A DNA stretch of 63,534 nucleotides, counting the filler, from Asterionella formosa (taxonomy: Eukaryota): the NCBI GenBank assembly GCA_002256025.1. It is 16 parts of 16 records of this genome, joined end to end, with 100 filler letters (N's around TTAATTAATTAA, not from the genome) between each part and the next. Parts side by side here need not be neighbours in the genome. Positions count along the whole stretch, not along the records: positions 50,829 to 52,152 come from NKIB01002995.1; positions 52,253 to 53,575 come from NKIB01002997.1; positions 53,676 to 54,995 come from NKIB01002998.1; positions 55,096 to 56,418 come from NKIB01002999.1; positions 56,519 to 57,844 come from NKIB01003000.1; positions 57,945 to 59,267 come from NKIB01003001.1; positions 59,368 to 60,690 come from NKIB01003002.1; positions 60,791 to 62,112 come from NKIB01003004.1; 8 more parts are not named here. One strand, written 5' to 3'. A program made the position numbers and the translations under genes. The notes beneath the pieces are model-generated. The model was not told where the DNA came from. It made no database searches and saw only the letters and a list, made by a program, of their open reading frames with translations. Below, one piece after another: positions 50,829 to 62,325 of the stretch. How positions within the stretch are numbered: the first letter of the stretch is position 1; each line of letters starts with the position of its first letter.

Positions 50829-52152
50829 AGGTAGCTGATCATCATTGATCATACGCATACCAGTGTGATCAGGCACTTTGCCTGCCGGTACATTGAATGG
50901 ACAGAGTGCGCTGCTTTTCCTTTGATGATCATTGCGGCCACAATGATTGCAGACAATTGTTCCTTTCCTTCTTGTTTCCTGATGTTCCCTTCTGGTGAGC
51001 GCAACACCAGAACCGTAAGTCTTACCTGATTTGTTATCTTGCCTTTCCTGTTTGACTGTTTCGAATCGTGCTGCATGTATTTTTTCGCTTCGTTTCCTCT
51101 TTCGTTTGAATTGTGCTTTATAGGCTCCATCGTCACTTCGTCGCTTTTCTTTTTGTCTCCAGAAGGATTCTTGCAGTGCTGACATCTGCATTCCACATTG
51201 CTTGTATACATTCCTTGTATATTGTGTTGCTCCTTGTGTGTGTTGCCCAGCAACCGAAGCCACTCGATACTGAAGGCCTCCAGATCCCGCAAACACCTTG
51301 TTTTTTGGACATCGTCGCGACACTGCATTGTTCATTGCCTCACTAATCTGCGTGTCAAAGGGATGATGCAACGATAGTAGCTTTTCGCCTTCGACTTTTG
51401 TTGCAACATGCAGCATTAACCATTCGTATAAATCTTTTTCCTTTTCCTTGTCATGATATTTTCCGTTACTAACCATTTTTCCTGCTTTTACAGGGCACCA
51501 TGTTTCAGAGCAGTAGTCGTGGCAGCCAAATAAATGATTGATTGGTGCCTTGGAGGAAATACTAAATTCGGCCAGAGAGAGGTTCCGGTTTTTTTTTAAT
51601 CCAAGCGCCATAGTAAACTTTCAACCGGAGACAATCTGCTTTTGAGGGACGCTCGAGGGAGACTGGGCCATTGGATTTCATAAAAGCTGGGCGGAGAAGG
51701 ACCCGTACTCTGTGGGATGGGTCAGACAGAAATGTAGGTTCGGGTACAGTCAGTGGAAGGCATCCTTTGTCCGATTTTTTTAATCCTTTCAATGTTCTTG
51801 GCCATTGGAAGGATGGCTGTAGTTTCAATAACTCCTTATAGGACCACTTAGAAACAGCTCGAATAGTAGAATCATCATCACAGATGATTGTAGAGTAGAT
51901 AACATTGTTTTTCATTACTGCATCAATCATCATTTCTACACCAGCATCTGGTTCCATTGCTTTCGAACTACCAGTTACATGATTCTTGGGACAAACATGT
52001 TCCTTGATTGGTTTCTTGTACCGTATAGCCCTGTCGCACACATTACAGACCTTAGATTTCACTCTGTAGTCTAGTATCTTTTTCGTGTAGCCGCCAATAC
52101 AAAAAGCATGTCCACTTACAGAGTTGTACTTATTCCCGCTGGAACGCTGCTG
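50829..52152 (-). mobile_element. Mutator-like transposase (GSSKAME type), partial, one frameshift at the A9 run 51589-51597
   Basis: YNSVSGHAFCIG..ILDYRVKSKVCNVC, HVCPKNHVTGSSKAME, IICDDDS, HLFGCHDYC..WC, DTQISEAMN, and a C-terminal zinc knuckle CNHCGRNDH..C. Confidence 0.88.
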
Positions 52153-53802
52153 NNNNNNNNNNNNNNNNNNNNNNNNNNNNNNNNNNNNNNNNNNNNTTAA
52201 TTAATTAANNNNNNNNNNNNNNNNNNNNNNNNNNNNNNNNNNNNNNNNNNNNGGGAAAAGAAAGCATTGCTTTCAGCATCATCAATCTATACACAAGCCT
52301 GCGCCACCTGATGTCGTCAATATAGCTACCTCGACTTCATCAATGAAGAAGTCAATGAGTGGAGCATGTGAGGAAAATCGGGGTTGAGGTTTTCTTGACG
52401 CCAACGTGGACCTGCTTGGCTGAACTCCTTGCAGATGAAGGCATTGAGTAACCTGGGCCTGTGAAGCCAAAGGATAAAGAAAAATCTATGACAAGGGTGC
52501 GTTGTGAGATAGTGTTTAGGAGGGGGGAGCAAAAGTTATCATAGCTGAACGCATTCGAAACTTGTATAGACAATAGATGGTGGCATGCCATGGCTGCTCT
52601 TGGCTGACAGCTGCCAAGTCAAGTACAAACTCAACGAGGGTGCACAAAAGACAGTCCAATTTTAATCGACTGACTGATACTTAGTTGTGAGACTCACCAT
52701 TCTGGAATGGGGTGGACTTTGATCATTGCTTCGTTCAAAGCACAATCAATTCGAATGCTGTCCAGTGAAACAGCCAATGAAAACAATTGTGGCGAAAAAG
52801 CGCAGAACAGATCAAGAGATTTCAAAGGAATTAAAATAACAACAGCAGGGCATATATGGTGCACTACTCCTTGTGAAGACTAAGAACTATATTTGATCAT
52901 TTCCATATTTCATACTATACAGGTGCAGCATGGATGACTCCTCCCGCCATTTCATTAGATATGCAGCCATGTTGCGATAATTCTACACAACCTATGGGAT
53001 TGGTAGTCTGGTGGTCATCACTCCCGCATTGTATATACCAGCCAGTAGGAGTCATGTATGCATGCATGCTGCGATAATTCTTACAAGTCATAAAAATTTG
53101 GTAGCTTGGGAGTTATCACTTCCGGACTGTATACAGGGGAGGAAGGGGTTGCATACATGAGCAACGACTACTCCGCCCGGTATAAACTATCAATGATTCT
53201 TGATTCGTTTATCCTATAACTTTGATCATAACATATTGATCATATGATGAACGGTGTCGTTGATGAGAAAATGAACAATCAACATTCATTTTCAAGAATC
53301 AGGATTAATTGATCTTAAAAATATGATCAAATGATCCTAAACACATGAGCATATTCAGTTTGTCACTGCACTATTGTGGTATTTCCATGATGGAAGTAAT
53401 TACCAGCAATTATACAGTACTACCGGTAGGCCATATGAATTTTGGTCAATATGTCTATATACATAAATGTATGATTTCGACCATTTGAAAAATTGGTGAT
53501 GACTCCCGTTTATTAAGGGGCTTAATTAAATCAGCCACTGACTTGTAGGTACAAGAATTGACACAAAAAAATTGANNNNNNNNNNNNNNNNNNNNNNNNN
53601 NNNNNNNNNNNNNNNNNNNTTAATTAATTAANNNNNNNNNNNNNNNNNNNNNNNNNNNNNNNNNNNNNNNNNNNNCCTTACCAATATTGCAGAGCAAGCT
53701 TTCGCTTTTTTCACCAGCAATGCATTCCTTTACAGACAACAGATGGAAATGATGGTTTTGCAGTGTGATGGCAAGCAGTGCAGTGTACTTGCAAGCGGTA
53801 TA

Positions 53803-53864
53803 TACTGGTACTGGTACTGGTACTGGTACTGGTACTGGTATTGGTACCAGTACCAGTACCGGTA
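53803..53864. repeat. (TACTGG)n/(TACCAG)n hexamer array with orientation switch
   Basis: 6x TACTGG, TATTGG, 2x TACCAG, then TACCGGTA. Confidence 0.95.
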
Positions 53865-54774
53865 GACTACCAGAACCAGAACCACAACCTGGTACAAGTT
53901 TTTACGTGGGTGTATATTGATTTTCTTATCCAATCATTCTATATAGTTTAATACCACGTACGCACGCACACACTGAACTGAACCTCCACCTACTGGTAGA
54001 CAACAAACCAGTAAGTAATCACCAGCCAAGGAGATCATGGTGAAGAGAAACTTTGCGACCTCTAGGTACCAGGTACCAGGTACCGCCCGGAATCTTAAAC
54101 TACCGGTACCTGGTACCGGAATACCGGATGCGTAGGTAAAACCGTCCTTCCCCAGTCAGCCAACCCAGCAGCAGCAGCAGCAGCAGCAGACAATGATGTA
54201 CTCGGAGTAAGTTGTTGGTCGTCAAGGGACGAATTCCCCTGAATTCGCTCTTACGCACCTCTTTTTTGCACAACATTCGCACTTGAAATTGCGCATAAAA
54301 TCCACAGGGCGCTTTTCATGGCGGCGGGGTGTGACAAATTGAACCAGCAAAAGATGCTCGATGCTCGATGCACGATGCACGATACAAGGACAAGTCTGAA
54401 TTTCTCGTTTGAATCCTTCCATGAATGCAAATTCTTCCATTCACTCAAATTGCTGCGCTAACTCCTCCTCCTCCTCCTTGTCCTGTCGCCTTGACAGAGG
54501 CTGCTCTATTGCTACCGGTATTATAGTCGAATACGCGAGCGTGCGGTCACATCAGCTCCGCAGCTTCCATGGGAGTTCTCGATATTATGTGTGTTGTGTC
54601 CATCCACTGTCCACTGTCCATTGTATGTATCAAAATGGTTCCATTCTATTACCATCACCCGGTAGCGAAGTGTCCAAGGCCTCCTATCAACAACTGTTCA
54701 ACAAATATGTAATTCAAGTTGGAACATGGGAACACGAGAAGAGCATGGTGTGGTACGAGATGATTATTTCGTGA

Positions 54775-54988
54775 GATCTGATATCATTTCATCTGATCTG
54801 ATTTCATGTCATTTGATTTCATTTTATATGATCTGATTTCATGTCATGTCATCTGATTTTATCTGATCTGATTTCATTTCTTTTCATTTCATCTCATCTC
54901 GTCTCATCTGATTTATTTCATCTGATCTGATCTGATTTCATCTCATTTTATTTCATCTGCTCATCTGCTCATCTGCTCATCTGCTCAC
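54775..54988. repeat. Degenerate pentamer microsatellite (ATCTG/ATTTC/ATCTC/ATGTC) ending in (TCATCTGC)n
   Basis: Direct reading of the sequence. Confidence 0.9.
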
Positions 54989-55499
54989 TATTGGANNNNN
55001 NNNNNNNNNNNNNNNNNNNNNNNNNNNNNNNNNNNNNNNTTAATTAATTAANNNNNNNNNNNNNNNNNNNNNNNNNNNNNNNNNNNNNNNNNNNNTGGAA
55101 TAGCAATTCCTACAGAGCAAGTCCAACATGCAAGATTAAATGATCAGACTGAGACGATTGGAATTGCAAATCGTATTAAATCGACCAATGAGAAAGAGTG
55201 GATTGAGGTGAAGAACAAATCCGAGAAAGTAAGATTCATGAAACAAGATCAATTTGGTAAGACCAAGTAATTTGGCAGGATTGATAGAATTTGGTAAAAT
55301 TGATAGAAAAAGTAATCTGAAGTAATCACAACATTGAAAGGGGTTAATCTGAAAGTAGATTAAAGTGTTGTCGAAAACTAGCTAGTGGAGAACTAGTAGT
55401 ACTGGACACTAGTTGTGTAAGTACTATCAAGTAGATCTGGAACATCTCAACACGTTTTTAAAAACAATTGCTTGTGGAAGTTAAGGTCACAAAGACAAG

Positions 55500-56418
55500 A
55501 AGTGATTGTGCAAAGGATGAGTGAAGCAAGTTGGTCAGAGAAAGAAGATTTGACAAAAGAAGAGATGTAGTTGGTGAGACAAGATGATGAAGCAAAGCAT
55601 TTTCTTATTTTGTCATGCAGAGGTGACGCTTTTGCAATCATTGAATCATATGAAACAGCATACCAAATGTTTCAAGCTCTCAAGGACCGGTACAACTCAA
55701 AGAAGACAAAAGATTTGGAAAAAGCAACAACCAAGCTTGAAAAGTGTTACATGAAATCAGACATAGATGATCCCTACCTTTGGATTGTCGAAATGGAACG
55801 ATTGAACAGAGAAGTGGAAAAGTGCGAAAATGGATCAAGACGCAGTGAAGAGCAAATGCAAGCAACTATATTAGCAAGACTACCAAAACGAAGATATGAA
55901 TCAGTGATTTCATCTCTAAATGGAAAGATTGGTACAAAAGGATTTGACAATAAGGACTTCATTGCTGAGATCATTGGCTGGCCATTATGAGATGTTTGCG
56001 GAGCCATTCAAAAATCGTCAAAATCGCGAAAATCAAGATCAAAGAGAGAACAAGGAAAGAGGAAAGCATCTGGCTCTGAATACTACAAGTGGAAAAGGTG
56101 CCTGGAGAACTTTAAAGGTAAATGCAACAAGTGTGGAAGACAAGGCCACAGAGCAAGAGACTGCAGAAGCAATGGCAACAGCAACAACAGTGGAGAGAAA
56201 GACATTGAAAAACCGAAGGTGAAGTGCTACAGTTACGGCGGATTTGGTCACATTGCAAGAGATTGTCCAAAGAAGGAAGAGTCTGGTATGTTTGTTGGTA
56301 TGACAATCCGTGGAGCTGATATCCGGGAGGATGATGTCAAGAAGAATCAAGATGCTAAATCAGAGTATTTTGACACAAATAAATTTGCAATTGAACTTTT
56401 GCAAGAAATTGCAGACTA
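55500..56418 (+). mobile_element. Degenerate LTR-retrotransposon gag (Copia-type) with two zinc knuckles
   Basis: AKHFLILSC..AYQMFQALKDRY, DDPYLWIVEMERLN, ILARLP..YESVISSL, CNKCGRQGHRARDC, CYSYGGFGHIARDC. In-frame stop and frameshifts present. Confidence 0.82.
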
Positions 56419-57177
56419 NNNNNNNNNNNNNNNNNNNNNNNNNNNNNNNNNNNNNNNNNNNNTTAATTAATTAANNNNNNNNNNNNNNNNNNNNNNNNNN
56501 NNNNNNNNNNNNNNNNNNAGAAATCGCTGTTCTCTGCTCCAGGAATAGAGATTCCATTGTCGCTTTCACCGTCGGATGCAGAGGAAGCCTCAGCCTGAGA
56601 CAGCTCCTGAATATGTGTTGACATGATATCCGAAATAGCTTGCCAGAGATTTATAGGAATTGGATCTCGAACAATCAATGATTGATCACGCATTTATTCG
56701 CAAAAGTGGACATTTTCCCTTTGCAAATGGCCATTGTTGCTGGTCTACCGGTCTACTGGTAGTCTGCTACACTAATAATAGTCAAGCATCATCACCTTCA
56801 AAATTCAACACTTACTGAATGGCGCGACAGTAAAAGTACTTGCTACTAGTAGCTACTAGCAGCGATTCAGGGAAATCATACTACGCACAAACAAGGACCA
56901 GGTATTGTATATAGTACATCCGAGTATTCGTGCGTCTTGTACTATTTATCTAGTAGGTACTAGATACAGGTGCTAGGATTCGGACACAAAAACATTGCAA
57001 CTAGCTACTACTGGCTTCCTGCCTGTTTGTTGGAACAGAAAAACTGCCAGCCATCCTCACTTGACTCTATATTTCTCTAATAATCGCACTTTTTCGTAAC
57101 AATTGCGTTACTCTCCTATTCTCGTTTTCCTTTCTCCCTTCGAGACTTCTTTCTCGCTCAAGAACAGACCAGCCAAG

Positions 57178-57844
57178 ATGTGCGATGGTTTCTGTCCTTT
57201 CGAGGATCACAGGGCTCAGTATGGTGATGATGATACTAAGTATCCTCATTACCACATCAAGACGAATGTCAGTGTTCCTTTCACTACTGACCAGTTTAAG
57301 AGTACTTGCGAAAGTATGGACAAGTTACTTGAAATTGGCATGTTCAAGGATTTACAGAGAGATCCTGAATTGTCCTTGAAGAAACTCTATCTTCGATTGA
57401 TCAACGCGTATGAGAATGAGTCCTTTCTCCCTCAACGCTATTGGTTGGTCCCCTTCAGTCCAGAGTCTTTGAGTCTGATCCGCGAGGGATACAGGACTCA
57501 TGTGGATTATCCACTGCTCTATTTTCTTGCTTTTTTCACTCATGAGAGCAAAAGTCTTGAGGCTCTAGGAAGATTGTACATTGGTCGCATCAATGTACGT
57601 GACCCTAATGCTGATGATAGGCAGTACAAGTGGAAAGTTAGGATCACCCAAATTCCCCTTGACACCTTCGCCACCTCTAAAATCCCTTTGGAGATCAATG
57701 AGATTATGACTTTCTTGTCCAAATCTTTTGGTAACGATTGGAATTCCGTTGTTACCAACCAAGCTCTATACGCAAATCAGCTCCAGAAGAAGCTTCATGG
57801 CAGCTTCGTCATTACCATTGAAGAGAGGGAGAACTTGGAGAAGA
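57178..57844 (+). CDS. Hypothetical protein, 3' truncated by contig end
   Basis: Uninterrupted 222 codons from ATG in GCCAAGATG context, with coding-like codon bias. No family recognised. Confidence 0.6.
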
Positions 57845-57945
57845 NNNNNNNNNNNNNNNNNNNNNNNNNNNNNNNNNNNNNNNNNNNNTTAATTAATTAA
57901 NNNNNNNNNNNNNNNNNNNNNNNNNNNNNNNNNNNNNNNNNNNNC

Positions 57946-58185
57946 AATACTTTCACTGGCACACTTCCCACAGAGATTGGACTCTTGACAAGTCTCACTG
58001 ATCTAGTTTTGTCTGACAATACTTTCACTGGCACACTTCCCACAGAAATTGGTTTCTTGACAAGTCTCAATTATCAAGATTTGTCCAGCAATATTTTCAC
58101 TGGCACACTTCCCACAGAGATTGGACTCTTGACAAGTTTCAATATTCTAGATGCATTCAATGGATCAGTCCCTCAAGATTTCTAA
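57946..58185 (+). CDS. C-terminal fragment of a leucine-rich-repeat protein (24-aa plant-type LRRs, 72-bp units)
   Basis: NTFTGTLPTEIGLLTSLTDLVLSD-type unit occurs three times; 5' end truncated by the contig edge. Confidence 0.85.
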   Translation, partial: NTFTGTLPTEIGLLTSLTDLVLSDNTFTGTLPTEIGFLTSLNYQDLSSNIFTGTLPTEIGLLTSFNILDAFNGSVPQDF

Positions 58186-58399
58186 TTACTGATGACATAA
58201 TAGTGGTCCATATGTGTTATGCACAGAATGCTGCTAGGGTTAGATAAAATATGTAGGCAAGATTGGACTCTTGATAATTTTTACTGATCTACCGGTATAT
58301 TTGTTGAACAATACTTTTTTCCTTTGGAGATGTAGCCCCTTGATGTTTTGGAACTAGAGTCACAGGGTTCTGTCCTCTATTGCTATGGGTTTTGCTCCC

Positions 58400-58748
58400 C
58401 ATGTGATTTGAGACTCTATGTCTGGATTTCTTGTTGTTGCCTGTATCTTTGATTGTAACCTTTGGCTGGTTGTCTTGCTCTAATGGAGAGGGATTGGTTG
58501 CATTGGAACAAACATTACATTATTGCAACTGAATGGTGAGGGTCTTGTTGGATCTATTCCTCCAGAGATTGCGGCTCTTGATCAAAAATTGAGTAAGCAA
58601 GCAAAGATTTGAGAGAAAACATGGTTTCGCTGAATTTTGCAATCTAACAACCACTTTTGCCTGTTATTTCGTTGATTAGGGTACATAGATTTGAGCAACA
58701 ATACGATTTTGGAACTACCTTCAAGCTTCAATAAGCTTTCAAATCTAG
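58400..58748 (+). pseudogene. Decayed LRR gene fragment with intron 58593-58679
   Basis: GIGCIGTNITLLQLNGEGLVGSIPPEIAALDQKL | GTAAGC..CTAAC..TAG | YIDLSNNTI, then a GTGAGT donor at 58749. Stops and frameshifts on both sides. Confidence 0.65.
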
Positions 58749-58954
58749 GTGAGTGACAAGGATATCGGAAAACAGTTTTGAAGATTTTTCTAAACCAAAA
58801 CCTTTTTTTATGGCTATTTCTATAGAGTACTTCAATTGCAAACCTTTTTTTTACTTCAATTGCTCATCTAATATAATTGCGCAGCTACCACCCATCTCTG
58901 AATCTATGACTAATCTTTGTAAGTGCTCCTTATGGTTAGGATTAGGGTTATTTT

Positions 58955-59267
58955 ATTGTGAATCAACGGAATACCATCTTATTCGATACGTTCTTCCAAT
59001 GAGTTGAGTGGTTATTAGGTATGGATTGCTCCAATATTGATGAAGCTATTGACAAATCAGTAGTACGAAGAATCACCACCGTGTAGGGTGTATGTTAAAA
59101 AATCCGGGCTGTGACATGTAAATGATGAGTAGCATTGATCAATTGTGAATCAACGGAATACCATCTTATTCGGTACTATCTTCCAATGAGTTGAGTGGTT
59201 CTTAGGTATGGATTGCTCCAATATTGATGAAGTTATTGACAAGTCAGTAGTGGTAACAATCACCACC
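58955..59267. repeat. Direct repeat ~125 bp x2 (58955-59080, 59143-59267)
   Basis: TTGTGAATCAACGGAATACCATCTTATTCG..CTTCCAATGAGTTGAGTGGTT..AATCACCACC occurs twice. Confidence 0.9.
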
Positions 59268-59367
59268 NNNNNNNNNNNNNNNNNNNNNNNNNNNNNNNNN
59301 NNNNNNNNNNNTTAATTAATTAANNNNNNNNNNNNNNNNNNNNNNNNNNNNNNNNNNNNNNNNNNNN

Positions 59368-60690
59368 GTTGCAGATACACTCATGAGTTATCCTGATCGT
59401 AATTTTCCTTTCCATATTTTTACTAATGTTTCTGATTTTCAATTAAGAAACTTTCAAAGAATTTCGCTCTATGTCATTGAATGCGGTTCTGCATGTTCAC
59501 ACTGAACATCATATTTTTATCTTTATTACCCTACACAGAAACTCAGCGTGTTCTCCGGTGGAGGATTTATATTGAAGAATATCTTCTCACTTTTCACAAT
59601 ATGAAGGGTACTGATAATGTCAAATATTACAGATTCTATCTCTCGCCTCCCGAGGCTTGAGTCTTTGGTGGGGGATGATATTGGACCGAAATCTTCAGCA
59701 TCAACATCCATTTCTACTTTCTCAATTGAAGTAGATGATGAACCTTTGTTTACCTGTTCCCTCAATCATCCAATTTTGGCAGATAATATTCAATATCCTC
59801 TGGATTATAACTCCATACATGATAGACAATTGCTGGATATACAATTGATTCTCAATCAAACAACTCATCTCATTCTCAATCAACAAACCAAACACATCTG
59901 TTAAAATTTCCCTCTATCAATTTTCATCATATACATTTAATATATTTTGTGAAGAATCCAGGAGATACTTGACGTATTGTTATTCCTACATCACTATCGA
60001 ATCCTATTATTTATTGGTATCATCAGATGTTAACTCATGTGGGTATGACAAGATTAAATGCCACAGTTTCTACACATTTTTACTATCCTCCATGAAAAGC
60101 AAGAGTGGAACATATTGCAAGCATATATGAAACATGTCAAAACGTACAAAATTACCTTGTGCTTGGTTTTGGTGAACTTCCACCAAGGAATGCATTGTTA
60201 TTACAATGCTCAGAAGTCACAGTGGATTTCATTGGTCCACGGAAGATAACAGTGACTCCACAAGCGATTGAATTTCATGCTCCAACTTGAGTTAACACAG
60301 TCACCAATTTACCAGAAATTTCACATATCGATAATAAGACATCAGAATATATTGCGATGAAATTTAAAAATGATTGGTTAGAAAGATATCTCCGTCCAGA
60401 AGGTTGTATACATGACAATGGAGGTCAATTTACTGGTATTCCTTTCATACACATGTAAGTGTTGAATGGAATTAAAATTGGGACCATTACAGTCAAGAAT
60501 CCACAAACAAATGCTATCCGTGAACGTTTACATCAATCTATCAGTAACAATCTATGTACGAGTTATGTTAAAGGCTCATCCTCCAATCAAGGAATTTCAA
60601 GTTCAGAATATTGTGGATACCAGTTTGCTGCATCATATGCAGCTCGAGCTACTATTTATAGTACATTGTGTATTTTCACCAGGAACATGG
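59368..60690 (+). mobile_element. Degenerate Ty3/Gypsy pol (RNase H-integrase)
   Basis: LMSYPDRNFPFHIFTNVSDFQL, LSRLPRL, WYHQMLTHVGMTR, GELPPRNA..EVTVDFIGP, IDNKTSEYIA..DWL.RY.RP..CIHDNGGQF, NPQTNAIRERLHQ. Many stops and frameshifts. Confidence 0.88.
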
Positions 60691-62212
60691 NNNNNNNNNN
60701 NNNNNNNNNNNNNNNNNNNNNNNNNNNNNNNNNNTTAATTAATTAANNNNNNNNNNNNNNNNNNNNNNNNNNNNNNNNNNNNNNNNNNNNCTTGATGCTT
60801 GCAAACACATTGCCATGCTAAGTTTGTTCTTGATGTCGATAACAATCTACTGTTGCTCTAGCTACATACAAGACACTACATGTCAACCATTATAATACCT
60901 CTAATAGTAGACTAGTAGCTGTAGTTAGAATAGTGGCTAGCTTCCATTGAAGGAGTACTAGTAAATCTTTGCCTTTCATCAGATGAAGCAAGACATCATG
61001 TTCAGCAGTCATGTCATCTCATAAGAGGGGTCTCAAAAATCGAGCACTACTAAGTAAGTCAAATTGTAGTTTAATGGCGCTTCCTGGCATTGATAGCCTA
61101 GGTTATATAAAAATTTTAACCTACCCAGTTTCCCCAGGATCTTCGGGTTCGCTGTACTTGATCTAGTAAGGTATCAATCATATGATGCACCAGTGCACTC
61201 TTTGCAAAACCCATCTGTCCCAACAAACCACAGTAATCCTAGCCATAGGTATGATCTGAGCAGCCGCATGGATCCTGCTAGGGAAAGCTGTGGTAGAAAT
61301 CAGTATAGTAATCACTGCTGCTTGTATGGTGAAAGTGTAGCAATGTGGTGCTTGAAATCTCAACCCTCCTGTAATCATTTTTTATATTCATGTCTGGTGA
61401 GTTTACCAGTTGCGTTGTCAACTTGATATCCCATCCATCCACAGTAGCTGCATCTTGTGTTGTATGTATACTGTCATAGAAACATTGTGAACTTTGTCTA
61501 CTAGCCACTTCTCCTGCCCGAATCTACTGGTAAAAAGGAAATTAATTATGAATCATCGCTCTTTTTTGCATAGATTTGTGTTGCTCATTACTGCTAGATT
61601 TGTTGTTATCATTTGCCCAGTTGATGTATTTGCTTGCGTGACAGGTAGGCAAATTTGTTATCATTCTTTTAAGAGTACAAGCCAAGTTAGTATGGGATTC
61701 CATACATGTTGTACAGTACTTTTATTCACAGCATCTAACCTATGGAACAAGAATTTAAGAGCTCCTCCTGGCAACAAAATGAGCCAACCATTTGTTTTAT
61801 CCCTATTCCTATGCTTGTTAAGAGTGAGTGGTGGCAAAAAGGAGGTCATGCATCTCCAATTTGCTCAAGATGGGCAAAAGTGAGAATAAACAAAGCCCAA
61901 AAATGTTTTTTTGAAATGTAGTTGCCTTTTTAATCTAACAAAATATGTATTATTATACATTGATCCATAGCGTTTTGGATGGCGCAGATCAGGGCAAATT
62001 ATCAGGAGAAATTGCAGGAGTCAAAATGGCCCCAGAGATGTTTTAAGAATTGCCGCAATTGTTTTTGCCCAGAAGGATTAACTACTATACAGAGATTGAT
62101 ACTTTGTTTTGTNNNNNNNNNNNNNNNNNNNNNNNNNNNNNNNNNNNNNNNNNNNNTTAATTAATTAANNNNNNNNNNNNNNNNNNNNNNNNNNNNNNNN
62201 NNNNNNNNNNNN

Positions 62213-62325
62213 TATGATGCAGCAAACTGGTATCCACAATAATTCTGAACTTGAAATTCCTTGATTGGAGGATGAGCCTTTAACATAACTCGTACATAGA
62301 CTGTTACTGATGGTTTGATGTAAAC
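62213..62325 (-). repeat. Gypsy integrase fragment, near-identical to 60526-60637
   Basis: Reverse complement match including TGTACGAGTTATGTTAAAGGCTCATCCTCCAATCAAGGAATTTCAAGTTCAGAAT. Confidence 0.88.

Noticed and set aside
52969..53135. ~97-bp imperfect repeat pair (CATG.TGCGATAATTCT..TTGGTAG..ATCACT.CCG)
   Set aside because: Only two diverged units with no spacer structure; too weak to interpret.
53730..53933. ORF with YQYQYQ run
   Set aside because: Translation of the hexamer microsatellite.
60791..62112. Possible degenerate LINE or other pseudogene
   Set aside because: Only short broken frames; no RT or endonuclease motif identified.
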